From an uncultured Acidobacteriaceae bacterium (GTDB lineage Bacteria; Acidobacteriota; Terriglobia; Terriglobales; Acidobacteriaceae), in the NCBI GenBank assembly GCA_963777005.1, contig CAVZPC010000008.1, forward strand, positions 1,781-65,780: a stretch of DNA of 64,000 nucleotides. The letters run 5' to 3'. The notes under the pieces are model-generated. The model did no database searches, was not told where the DNA came from, and worked only from the letters and a program-made list of their open reading frames with translations. The translations under genes were made by a program, and so were the position numbers. Below, one piece after another: positions 11,848-20,694 of the stretch. Within the stretch, counting starts at the first letter, position 1. Each line of letters begins with the position of its first letter.

Positions 11848-12612
11848 ATGCATGAAAGAAAGTTGCTTTCCCTATTCGCATTGAGTCTCTCTGTCTGCCT
11901 CTCGTTGGGAATGTGCGTCGTCGCTACTCGCTTGGCGAAGGCCAGCGGCGCTCCTCCCAACGCGGCGGCAACGAGCGCGGCGAACCTGAAGGGCACCGTC
12001 CGATTTGAAGGTGTTGTGCCCAAGCCCAAGGTGATCAGCATGACTGCAGACCCGAGCTGCGCCAAACAGCATTCCTCACCTGTCTTTGCTCAGGACGTGC
12101 TGACGGATTCGAAGGGCGATCTGCAGAACGTAATCGTGTTCGTTGCGGACGGGTTGGGAGACCGCGCGTTTGATCCACCCACTCAGCCCGCAGTTGTCGA
12201 ACAGAAAGGCTGCATGTATATGCCGCATGTTCTGGCGGTGCGGGCAAACCAGCCGTTGCATGTGGTGAATGACGACCCCACGTCGCACAACATTCATCCC
12301 ACGCCAGCGAATAATCGCGAATGGAACAAGGCGGAACCGCCGGGGTCGAGCATGGACGAGTCGTTCGCGCGGGAAGAAATCGCGATTCCAGTGAAGTGCA
12401 ATTTGCACCCGTGGATGCACGGTTACATCGCGGTGTTCAAACATCCATACTTTGCGGTGACCGGCAAGGACGGAACGTTCGACCTGAGCAGTTTGCCGCC
12501 GGGCACCTACACGATCAAAGCGTGGCACGAAAAACTTGGGACGTCCACGCAGACGATTACGATTGGGGCAAACGAAACCAAGGAGATCAGTTTCGTTTTC
12601 AAAGGAATGTAA
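11848..12612 (+). CDS. Secreted cupredoxin-like protein with a C-terminal CarboxypepD_reg-like beta-sandwich
   Basis: 254-aa ORF with a signal peptide. It has type-1-copper-like ligands (SHNIH ... CNLHPWM, the same spacing as amicyanin C-x2-H-x2-M) and a C-terminal GTFDLSSLPPGTYTIKAWHEKLG segment. Confidence 0.7.
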   Translation: MHERKLLSLFALSLSVCLSLGMCVVATRLAKASGAPPNAAATSAANLKGTVRFEGVVPKPKVISMTADPSCAKQHSSPVFAQDVLTDSKGDLQNVIVFVADGLGDRAFDPPTQPAVVEQKGCMYMPHVLAVRANQPLHVVNDDPTSHNIHPTPANNREWNKAEPPGSSMDESFAREEIAIPVKCNLHPWMHGYIAVFKHPYFAVTGKDGTFDLSSLPPGTYTIKAWHEKLGTSTQTITIGANETKEISFVFKGM

Positions 12613-12618
12613 TTCGCT

Positions 12619-13176
12619 TCAATGCTTCTCAGTAATCTTGAAACCCTTGCGGCGTTGTTCGCTGTAGCGGTGCAGGGCGTCAAGGATGATGGGATACGCC
12701 TCTCCCGCGGGGCGTATCTCATCCACTTCAACAGCCTTGCCTTCGAGTTGTTTGTAATCCTGAAAGAAACGCCTGAGCATCAGCATGCGGTGCGGCGGCA
12801 TCTCCGCGGCCTCGCGGTAGGAGTTGAACTCGGGATCCTCAGTGGCGATAGCGATAATCTTGTGGTCAGGCTTGCCACCGTCGATCATGGTCATCAGGCC
12901 GATGGTGCGGGCGTGGATGATGGTGAGCGGCACTACGGGTTCCTGGCAAAGCACAAGAACATCGAGCGGATCCTCGTCTTCCGCCAGAGTCTGCGGAATG
13001 AAGCCGTAGTTGGCAGGATAGTAAACGGCGGAATAGAGAATGCGATCGAGCTTGATCAGGCCGCTTGCTTTATCGAGTTCGTACTTGACGCTCGATCCGA
13101 AAGGGATTTCGATCACGCAGTCGAATTCCTGCGGAAGTTTGTCGCCGGGAGTTACGTCGTGCCAGGGATGAATCAT
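12619..13176 (-). CDS. ppa: Family I inorganic pyrophosphatase
   Basis: 185-aa ORF with IEIP.GS..KYE, YP.NYGFIPQT and DPLDVLV motifs. Confidence 0.95.
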   Translation of the reverse strand: MIHPWHDVTPGDKLPQEFDCVIEIPFGSSVKYELDKASGLIKLDRILYSAVYYPANYGFIPQTLAEDEDPLDVLVLCQEPVVPLTIIHARTIGLMTMIDGGKPDHKIIAIATEDPEFNSYREAAEMPPHRMLMLRRFFQDYKQLEGKAVEVDEIRPAGEAYPIILDALHRYSEQRRKGFKITEKH

Positions 13177-13379
13177 AGGATTCTTCTAACCACTACCATT
13201 CTAACGGACGATTCTTCTGGTTTGAGTACGCTGGCCATCTCAAAAACGCTGGCTGGCATCCATGGCTCCAGACATCTTCGTTGCGGTGTCTAACCCCTGC
13301 AGGGCCGCATTGTCGCGCAAGAACGGGTCCCAGCGGCGTTCTATCTGGGATGAGCGGCCCCCAGCTCGACGGAGGAGCC

Positions 13380-15554
13380 ATGCGTCCTTTGAGACTTTTT
13401 GTCTTGTGCGTTTTACTCGCCTCGTTTTCGGCGGGCCAGTCTGCGTTCGGTCAGTCGTCATCCCAATCTCCAAATTCTTCAGCAGAGGACGATTCCGCAG
13501 CGCGTCTCCCGGTGACCCGGGTAGTTCTCTACAAGAATGGTGTTGGTTACTTCGAGCACGCAGGGCGCGTGCGTGACAGCCAGGACGTCAACGTGGATTT
13601 CACCACGGCGCAACTGAACGATGTTCTGAAGTCCCTGACTGTGCTCGATCTCGGCAAGGGACGCATCACCGGCGTCAGCTACAACTCCAACGCTCCTCTC
13701 GAGCGGCGTCTCGGCTCTTTGCATCTGCCTGTGGGCGAAAATCCGACCACGGCACAGTTTCTCGACGCGTTGCGCGGGGCGCGACTGGAGGTGCACAGCG
13801 GATCGGAGAGCGCCTCTGGACGCCTGCTCAGCATTGATGAGCGGGAGATTCCCATCAAAGGGGATCAGAAAGTTACCGTCGATCAGATTTCCATCGTCAG
13901 CGATAGCGGAGAAGTTCGCGTCTTCGATCTGACTCCTTCCACCAGTGTTCGCGTGGCGGAAAAAGAGGTGAATGAGGAAGTTGGAAAATATCTCGGCCTT
14001 GTCGCCTCTACGCGCGATCAGGACCTGCGGCGCATGACGATTTCTACGGCGGGCGAGGGCGAGCGGAATCTACGGGTCAGCTACATCAGCGAAGTGCCGG
14101 TGTGGAAGAGCACATACCGAATCGTAATTCCGAACGAAGGCAAGCCGCTTTTGCAGGGCTGGGCAATCGTAGATAACACCGTTGGCGAAGACTGGAAGAA
14201 CGTGGAACTGTCGCTGGTGGCGGGAGCGCCACAGTCGTTTGTGCAGGAACTTTCACAGCCGTATTACACGCGGCGCCCGGTGGTGGCGCTGCCGCAGAAT
14301 GCCATGATCACGCCGCAGACCTTTGAGGCGACGATGGAGTCTCGGACGGAGGTCACAAACGGAAATCCTTCCGGTGGCGTGGTCGGGGGCGTTCCGGGCG
14401 GAGTCGCCGGAGGGGTGATCGCAGAAAGTATGAGTGCTCCGAGGCCGCAGATGGGCATCGGCTCAGGGAGCGGTGGTGGCTTTGGCGTTGGAGGTAGTGC
14501 GTACAAAAATTGGGCCGGTCGGCCCAATGCCGGGGAAGTGGCCGAGTCGCTCGAGGCAGGGACCATCACTGCTCAGACTCGCGACCTCGGCGACCTGTTT
14601 GAATACAAGCTGCGCGACCGCGTCACCATCCGCAAGAACCAGTCGGCGCTGGTGCCGATTCTGCAGTCGCGCATCGATGCCGAGAAAGTGTCCGTCTGGA
14701 ATCCTTCGCAAAGCGCCGTGCTGCGCGCGCTTTGGGTCGACAATACCAGCGATCTTACGCTGGATGGCGGCAGCTTCAACGTGCTGGAAGGCGATGCCTT
14801 TGCCGGCGAAGGCTTGATGGATGCAATCAAGCCGGGCGAGAAGCGGTTGCTCTCCTACGCGGCCGATCTCGGCGTTCTGATCGATGGCAAGCAGAAAGCC
14901 GAGAACCAACGCGTCACCAAAGTGATCATCGCCCATGGGGTAATGATGCAGTCTACGCAGGAGCGCCAGGAAAATACTTACACCATCCGCAACCGCGACA
15001 CTTCGACGCGCACCATCGTGATCGAGCATCCGGAGCGGCCTGGATGGAAACTCAACGACGACGAGAAGCCGGTGGAGAGTTCCACGTCGTTCCACCGTTT
15101 CCGCCTTACCGTGGAGCCGAAGAAGACGGAGACACTGCTGGTCAAGGAGTACCGGCCGATTACGAACAGTTACCAGTTGTCGAACGTAACTGACGACCAA
15201 ATCAAGTTCTTTCTCAGCCAGAAAATGATCAGTCCCGAAATTGAACAAGCGTTGCGGAAAGTGATGGCGCAGAAGGCCAGCGTAGCTGTGATCGACGGTG
15301 AAGTGGCGTCACGCAAGTCGAAGATTTCGGGGATCTCGGAAGACCAGCAGCGAGTCCGCGAGAATATGAAAGCGCTGAAAGGCAGCGCGGAAGAAAAGGT
15401 GCTGATTGCTCGCTACGTCCGCGAGCTGAATGAGCAGGAGGACCGGGTGCAGGCGCTGCACCACGAAGTGGCCGATCTGCAACTGAAGCGCGACGCCGCG
15501 CAGAAGACGCTCAATGAAATGATCGAAGGCTTGCAGATGGAGGCTACGTTGTAG
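13380..15554 (+). CDS. DUF4140/DUF4139-family secreted protein with a Gly-rich insert and C-terminal coiled coil
   Basis: ATG at 13380 sits behind GGAGGAG, followed by a signal peptide. The sequence matches the family (VTRVVLYKNGVGYFEH; VPVWKSTYRIV...WAIVDNTVGEDWKNVELSLVAG; FEYKL...LVPIL). Confidence 0.8.
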   Translation: MRPLRLFVLCVLLASFSAGQSAFGQSSSQSPNSSAEDDSAARLPVTRVVLYKNGVGYFEHAGRVRDSQDVNVDFTTAQLNDVLKSLTVLDLGKGRITGVSYNSNAPLERRLGSLHLPVGENPTTAQFLDALRGARLEVHSGSESASGRLLSIDEREIPIKGDQKVTVDQISIVSDSGEVRVFDLTPSTSVRVAEKEVNEEVGKYLGLVASTRDQDLRRMTISTAGEGERNLRVSYISEVPVWKSTYRIVIPNEGKPLLQGWAIVDNTVGEDWKNVELSLVAGAPQSFVQELSQPYYTRRPVVALPQNAMITPQTFEATMESRTEVTNGNPSGGVVGGVPGGVAGGVIAESMSAPRPQMGIGSGSGGGFGVGGSAYKNWAGRPNAGEVAESLEAGTITAQTRDLGDLFEYKLRDRVTIRKNQSALVPILQSRIDAEKVSVWNPSQSAVLRALWVDNTSDLTLDGGSFNVLEGDAFAGEGLMDAIKPGEKRLLSYAADLGVLIDGKQKAENQRVTKVIIAHGVMMQSTQERQENTYTIRNRDTSTRTIVIEHPERPGWKLNDDEKPVESSTSFHRFRLTVEPKKTETLLVKEYRPITNSYQLSNVTDDQIKFFLSQKMISPEIEQALRKVMAQKASVAVIDGEVASRKSKISGISEDQQRVRENMKALKGSAEEKVLIARYVRELNEQEDRVQALHHEVADLQLKRDAAQKTLNEMIEGLQMEATL

Positions 15555-15663
15555 TCGGGGGGCAGGCCAATTCATCACACTCTACCCCCGAGGTCTCGTG
15601 CCTTGATTCTGAGCTTGGGGAAGATTAGAGTCATAGAAACCTAGTTCCTGTGGGGTGGTTTCC

Positions 15664-16137
15664 ATGTCCAGTCAAAGCAAGACCTATCTGAAGTTCGGCG
15701 GGGCTACCGTGTTGATCCTGCTTCTGCTGGGCTATCTCGCCTATACGGGAGTGCAGGACAGCAAGAGCTATTACGTCACCATCAGTGAACTGCACAAGAT
15801 GGGGAACGGCGCTTACACCAAGCGCCTGCGCGTGGCGGGAAATGTGCAACCGGGGTCGATTAAGCGCACGGGCACTCATGTGCAGTTTGTGTTGATGGAG
15901 CAGGACCAGTTGCTCTCGGTCGACTACACCGGAACGGAAGCGCCTCCCGATACCTTCAAGGACGATTCGCAGGCGCTGGCCGACGGCAGCTTTGGACGGG
16001 ACGGCGTCTTCCACGCCAAGGCGTTGCAGGCCAAATGCGCCTCGAAATATGCCCCGCAGCAGCCCGGCAATCAGATGCAAGCAGAGCCGAGCAAGAGCGT
16101 CACGCAGGTGCAGAAACCTTCCTTGACGTCAAACTGA
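15664..16137 (+). CDS. ccmE: Cytochrome c maturation heme chaperone CcmE, Cys (CxxxY) variant
   Basis: Single N-terminal TM segment followed by an OB-fold-like sequence (RLRVAGNVQPGSI, DTFKDDSQALADG). The motif AKALQAKCASKYAP aligns with the E. coli sequence AKEVLAKHDENYTP. The start could alternatively be the GTG at 15655. Confidence 0.85.
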   Translation: MSSQSKTYLKFGGATVLILLLLGYLAYTGVQDSKSYYVTISELHKMGNGAYTKRLRVAGNVQPGSIKRTGTHVQFVLMEQDQLLSVDYTGTEAPPDTFKDDSQALADGSFGRDGVFHAKALQAKCASKYAPQQPGNQMQAEPSKSVTQVQKPSLTSN

Positions 16138-16216
16138 TTCTTTGTCTTTGGTTCTTGGCCGGGCTCCTCCGCAAGGATGTCCCTGTGTTAATAGTTTTCC
16201 ACAGCCCGGTAATCCG

Positions 16217-16245
16217 TTGACTTTGTCAGTGTCCGGATGTAAGTT
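16217..16245 (+). promoter_or_regulatory. Sigma70-like promoter (TTGACT-N17-TAAGTT) upstream of the 16315 gene
   Basis: The hexamers were read directly from the sequence, about 70 nt upstream of the ATG. This rests on the motif only. Confidence 0.35.
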
Positions 16246-16314
16246 CTCCGCGAAGTTCTTCCGCACGCGGGCCCTGCATCACCAACTTCTATTTCGATCT
16301 TCAGGAGAATCTCT

Positions 16315-17160
16315 ATGAATTTCAATGTGCGTAGACAAGGTCTACGTCTAAGCGGATTAACCATGCGTTTAACGATTTGGGTTCTAGCTGTAGGGGTTTT
16401 ACTGGCTGTGGCACCAGCGGCTGCAACCGCTCAAACCCTCGGACTTGATTTTTCCGTGCCCCCCCAGGTCAGTAACAGTCAGACAGAAGTGCCCCTCCAA
16501 TGGTACACGGACCGTTATGCCCCGGCCGGTTTTACCGCTGCCAGCGGTGTTCTGACGGAGACTGTCACCCCGGCAGGTTTTAATCCTACTGAGAGCTTCT
16601 ACAACACGCAAGGTAACAAGTTCGACTTGTTAGCTGGCACCACCTCGGTATCGATCCAGGTCCGCGTTCCCACAGCTTGGGAAACGTCGAACGAGCGCTT
16701 GGCAGGATTTTGGGCCACCGCAATCGATACGACCTACGTCAACAACGGTGACGGTGACTTCCCAATCATCGAGTTCCAGGGGCCCATCACCAGCTGCATC
16801 CCAGGCCCCGGCTGCTACACCAATGGCGGTGTTGCTGGATTCTATGGCTGGAACAATACGGGCGCTGGCTCATGGGATTACATCGGCCTCCCCGCGGGCT
16901 TCAGATACAACGCCTATTACAAACTAACCATCACCCTGAACAACCCAACCCCGGCCCAATCCAACGGGTACTTCACGTACACTGTCTCTGATACCAACGG
17001 GGGAAACCCTGTGAGCATAAATAGCCCACTCTCCGATCCACTTGACTTGTTTCTAGGTAACGTGATCCTCGAGGGCTACAACTATGACAACACTGCAACC
17101 ATCCAATGGAAACTTCTGAAGTTTTCCTTCGATTCAAACGGGCAAATAGTTTGGAATTGA
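16315..17160 (+). CDS. Secreted hypothetical protein (orphan, no recognisable domain)
   Basis: 281-aa ORF with AGGAGA RBS and a signal peptide ending AAATAQT. It is rich in Thr, Asn and Gly, and its 5' end has lower GC than the surroundings. Confidence 0.7.
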   Translation: MNFNVRRQGLRLSGLTMRLTIWVLAVGVLLAVAPAAATAQTLGLDFSVPPQVSNSQTEVPLQWYTDRYAPAGFTAASGVLTETVTPAGFNPTESFYNTQGNKFDLLAGTTSVSIQVRVPTAWETSNERLAGFWATAIDTTYVNNGDGDFPIIEFQGPITSCIPGPGCYTNGGVAGFYGWNNTGAGSWDYIGLPAGFRYNAYYKLTITLNNPTPAQSNGYFTYTVSDTNGGNPVSINSPLSDPLDLFLGNVILEGYNYDNTATIQWKLLKFSFDSNGQIVWN

Positions 17161-17194
17161 CGGACGGGCTGGAGAATCCAAAAATAAGTGCATG

Positions 17195-17224
17195 CCGCCC
17201 GATCTTTCGGGCGGTTTTTCTTTT
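17195..17224 (+). terminator. Intrinsic terminator after the 16315 gene
   Basis: Stem ccgcccga / tcgggcgg with loop tctt, followed by tttttctttt. Confidence 0.75.
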
Positions 17225-17517
17225 GCACCACGCGGAAGGTTGATGCGGTAACTTCTGTTAGCAGGTGTGGATGTTGAAAAAGTCACATCGACTAGCCAGG
17301 ATGAGATTCAGCAGAAGCATGTTAGAAGAAACTGATCCCGCGTGCTGTGTTGGATTTTCATCGTCGGAGGCCTGCTGATCATGATGGGGCAACACGACCG
17401 CTCGTTTCGCTCGGGTGACGCTCTGCCATGGCATGCAGCGCTTGCGCCGTTTCCTGGCGTCCTCGACTTCGCCGCGACCTTCCGCTATCTTCTACTTTTC
17501 ACCTTAATCCAATTATC

Positions 17518-18207
17518 GTGAGCGCCTCTGAAATTCCGGACGCCGCTGGAATCGTCACCGTCAGCAACCTGATCAAGCAGTTCGGCCGCTTCGCCGCCTT
17601 GCGCGGAGTGAGCGCGGAGTTTGCTGCCGGCAGGTTTTATGTGATTCTTGGCGACAACGGGGCAGGGAAGACGACTCTGCTGCGGGCCTTAGCCGGGCTC
17701 GCGCATCCCACACGAGGCAGCATTTCGATTCTGGGCAAGAGTCCAAACGAGGCTTGCCGCGAGGTTGGTTACATGGCGCACCCCTCCTTGCTCTATGACG
17801 AGATGAGCGGGATGGAAAATCTGCGCTACTTCGCGCGACTGTACGGGATTGATGGAGACAAGCGCTGTCAGCAGGTGATTCGCTCGGTGCGGCTGGATCC
17901 GGAGCTGGCGCGTCCAGTCGGCCAGTACTCGCAAGGCATGCGGCAGCGCATGTCGCTGGCGAGGGCGATTCTGCACAATCCTAAAATTCTTTTGCTGGAT
18001 GAACCGTTTTCGAACGTGGACGTGCATTCGGCTCGAGAGATTGTGGGATTGCTGAAAGAGATGAGGGATGCCGGGAAGACTATTTTTCTGGTGACACATC
18101 AGGCATCACTGCTGGAGGGTGTGGCTGACGAATTTGTGTGGATGCAATACGGACAGATCGTGGAACGCACGGCCAGTCTGAATCCCGCGCGAGTGGGGCT
18201 GCAATGA
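17518..18207 (+). CDS. ccmA: Heme-exporter ABC ATPase CcmA
   Basis: Walker A (GDNGAGKTTLLR), ABC signature (YSQGMRQR) and Walker B (LLLDEP) are present. The gene sits in a ccmABCD context. The GTG start at 17518 is a guess; the ORF is open from 17428. Confidence 0.8.
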   Translation: MSASEIPDAAGIVTVSNLIKQFGRFAALRGVSAEFAAGRFYVILGDNGAGKTTLLRALAGLAHPTRGSISILGKSPNEACREVGYMAHPSLLYDEMSGMENLRYFARLYGIDGDKRCQQVIRSVRLDPELARPVGQYSQGMRQRMSLARAILHNPKILLLDEPFSNVDVHSAREIVGLLKEMRDAGKTIFLVTHQASLLEGVADEFVWMQYGQIVERTASLNPARVGLQ

Positions 18208-18881
18208 GTTCGCTCCGCTCCATCACGTTGGCGACGTTGACGAAAGATATTCGGCTGGAGTGGCGCTCGCGGGATGCGATCAACTCCATGTTGTTTTTCT
18301 CGCTGCTGGTAGTGGTGATCTTCAGCTTCTCGTTCGATCCGAATGCCGAGGAGTCGCGGGAAATTGCGGGAGGACTGATCTGGGTTGCCTTCTTGTTCGC
18401 CGCCGTGGTTGCCTTGAATCAGACCTGGGCGCGCGAGCTGCGCAACCAGGTGCTTGATGCTTATCGCGTTTCTCCGGCTCCGGCGAATGCGTTGTTCCTG
18501 GCCAAGGCGCTGGGCAACTTCATTCTGGTCAGCGTGCTGGAGGCGGTGATGGCACCGCTTTTCATGATCTTTTACAACCTGCGCGCCCTTGGTCCGGCGT
18601 GGCAGTTGATTCCCGTGGCAATTCTTGGGACGTGGGCGCTGGTGGTGAATGGAACGTTTTTCGCAGCCATGTCGCTGCGCACCCGCAGCCGCGAAATCAT
18701 GCTGCCCCTATTGCTGTTTCCTATCTCGATTCCAGCCGTGCAATCGATGGTGGAGGCAACGCGCATTATTCTCGCCGGTGACGGCTCGGCGCGTTTCTGG
18801 ATCGTATTGCTTCTCACCTACGATGTGGTGTTTACTACAGCTTGTCTGGCTTTGTTCGAGACCATACTGCAGGCGGAATGA
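18204..18881 (+). CDS. ccmB: Heme-exporter membrane protein CcmB
   Basis: The start overlaps the ccmA stop (ATGA). It is a polytopic membrane protein of about 225 aa in the expected position and with CcmB-like sequence. Confidence 0.85.
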   Translation: MSSLRSITLATLTKDIRLEWRSRDAINSMLFFSLLVVVIFSFSFDPNAEESREIAGGLIWVAFLFAAVVALNQTWARELRNQVLDAYRVSPAPANALFLAKALGNFILVSVLEAVMAPLFMIFYNLRALGPAWQLIPVAILGTWALVVNGTFFAAMSLRTRSREIMLPLLLFPISIPAVQSMVEATRIILAGDGSARFWIVLLLTYDVVFTTACLALFETILQAE

Positions 18882-19561
18882 AACGGGCCTTTCCCATCCT
18901 CGCGGTTTTTACGGCGCTGTTGCTGGCTTACGCTTTCTACGAAGCGATCTGGGTGGCGCCGATGGAGCGGACGATGGGCGATGTGCAGCGCATCTTCTAC
19001 TACCATGTGCCCTCGGCGTGGACGGCGTTCCTGCTATTCACCGTAAATCTGGTGGCTTCGGTGGTCTATCTGATAGAGCGAAGCCCGAAAGCGGATGCTG
19101 TCGCCCTGGTTTCGGCGGAAGTTGGCGTTGTGTTCTGCACGATTGTGCTGGTGACCGGCCCGATCTGGGCGCGGCCAGTGTGGGGCATCTGGTGGACTTG
19201 GGACCTGCGCCTTACCCTGACCCTGGTCTTGTGGCTGATTTACGTGAGTTATCTGGTTCTGCGGCGGTTTTCTGACAGTTCGCAGACTCCGAAGCTGGCA
19301 GCAGTACTGGCAATCTTCGGAGCGCTTGATGTGCCGCTCGTGTATTTCTCGATATGGTTTTTCCGCACGCAGCATCCCCAGCCGGTGATTGGTGGCGGCG
19401 GTTCGATTGATCCGCGAATGCTGCATGTGCTTTTGATCAACTGGCTGGCATTCTCCTGCTTTGCCGTCGTGGTCTGCTGGTGGCGTTATCGCCTGGAAAT
19501 GTTGCAGCGGGCGGTGGACGAGGCGGAAAGTCTGGAGTCGCTGATGGGAGTGCCGCAATGA
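18878..19561 (+). CDS. ccmC: Heme-exporter / heme lyase component CcmC
   Basis: ATGA overlap with ccmB. It has the Trp-rich WWD motif (WARPVWGIWWTWDLRLT) and conserved His residues. Confidence 0.9.
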   Translation: MKRAFPILAVFTALLLAYAFYEAIWVAPMERTMGDVQRIFYYHVPSAWTAFLLFTVNLVASVVYLIERSPKADAVALVSAEVGVVFCTIVLVTGPIWARPVWGIWWTWDLRLTLTLVLWLIYVSYLVLRRFSDSSQTPKLAAVLAIFGALDVPLVYFSIWFFRTQHPQPVIGGGGSIDPRMLHVLLINWLAFSCFAVVVCWWRYRLEMLQRAVDEAESLESLMGVPQ

Positions 19562-19692
19562 ACGCCGTCAAATATCTATGGGCTGCCTACATCGCTACCT
19601 GGCTGATTCATGGGATCTATCTGGGTAGCATCGCGCGCCGGTACGGACGTTTGCGGCAGCGCATGAAGGACTTGGGGAAAAGAGAGAAGTAA
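19558..19692 (+). CDS. ccmD: CcmD-like small membrane protein
   Basis: 44-aa ORF with ATGA overlap with ccmC. It has a single TM segment followed by a basic tail (ARRYGRLRQRMKDLGK). Confidence 0.55.
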   Translation: MNAVKYLWAAYIATWLIHGIYLGSIARRYGRLRQRMKDLGKREK

Positions 19693-19704
19693 AATCCTCG
19701 CCGC

Positions 19705-20103
19705 TCAGTTTGCCGCTTTCCATTCTTTCTGCAACGCGCTGAGAAAATCGGTGCTTCCGCTGGAACGCAGGAATTCGTAGTCCTCAATCATGGCGGCGGT
19801 GCCCACACGCAAGGACGGCAGCGGTGATTCCGAACGGACGACCCGGGCAGTGAAGCGGACGCGAACCGCATCGGTCAGCGTAATGTGGGGCGGGAAGGTG
19901 AGCGTGACTTCACAAGCGGTGCCCTCGGGGAGAGGCCGGTCCAGATAAAAAAAAACCCCACGCGCGCTCACATTCTGAGTTTCGGTTTGAAATTCGCTTT
20001 CTCCCGTGAGACGGACTACCGCCGGAAGGCGCATATCAAAGCGCCGCATCGTCCGCCGTTCCTGAGAGCTGTTTTGCATCGGTGGCGTATTTTCCGAAAG
20101 CAT
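19705..20103 (-). CDS. Stand-alone PilZ-domain protein (predicted c-di-GMP receptor)
   Basis: RxxxR (RRTMRR) and N.S..G (NVSARG) motifs at PilZ spacing. The start may be at an internal Met. Confidence 0.75.
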   Translation of the reverse strand: MLSENTPPMQNSSQERRTMRRFDMRLPAVVRLTGESEFQTETQNVSARGVFFYLDRPLPEGTACEVTLTFPPHITLTDAVRVRFTARVVRSESPLPSLRVGTAAMIEDYEFLRSSGSTDFLSALQKEWKAAN

Positions 20104-20694
20104 TTATTCCCCAAGAAAACCACATCTGATGCAGAACGGAATCGACAGCCAAGGCTGGAAGACACAAGTCCTGCCCAGGTTCTCGGGGCGGGCTTGATAA
20201 CTTCACTTTATAGAAACGCCCGTGGTTTGCAAGAGCAAAAAGACTCATGGAACTGAGTCGGTAAACGCCCAAGCGGCCCTGGAGGATATTTGGAGGAGCC
20301 GGTGGCCGCTTTGATTCCGGAGATAACGGAGCAATCCCGATGCCATCTGTCGTGCGACATGCTGGTTGATTGTTGAGAAGAATCAGAGCTTTTATCAGAC
20401 CCACCGTCGTGTGGGAACACCTGCCTGCAACGCTTTGCAGAAATCGTCCTAGTTCGCTTCACCTGCAGATCTCTTCATTCCACTTTCGTGCCAGGTTGCG
20501 GCATCTTTCCTTGGTCACGGGCGCATCTGAGGGGTTGGAGCACGCTCGGCAGCGGCAGCCTCGCTTGACTTGGCTATCCGTCAGATGTTTAAGTAGTTGT
20601 TTATTTTCCGCCAGTTCCAAAGTGACATGTCAGCAGCGGGCGGTATCGCCGGCGCCGGGGTAAAAACTCGCGCTTCGGCTCTACTCTCTCCAGA

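Noticed and set aside
17342-17521. A 59-codon GTG-initiated ORF with one TM-like segment (VLCWIFIVGGLLIMMG...) whose stop overlaps the putative ccmA GTG start.
   Set aside because: It is below the usual length threshold, has no RBS and no known Ccm counterpart. The ccmA start itself is uncertain, so the apparent coupling may be coincidental.
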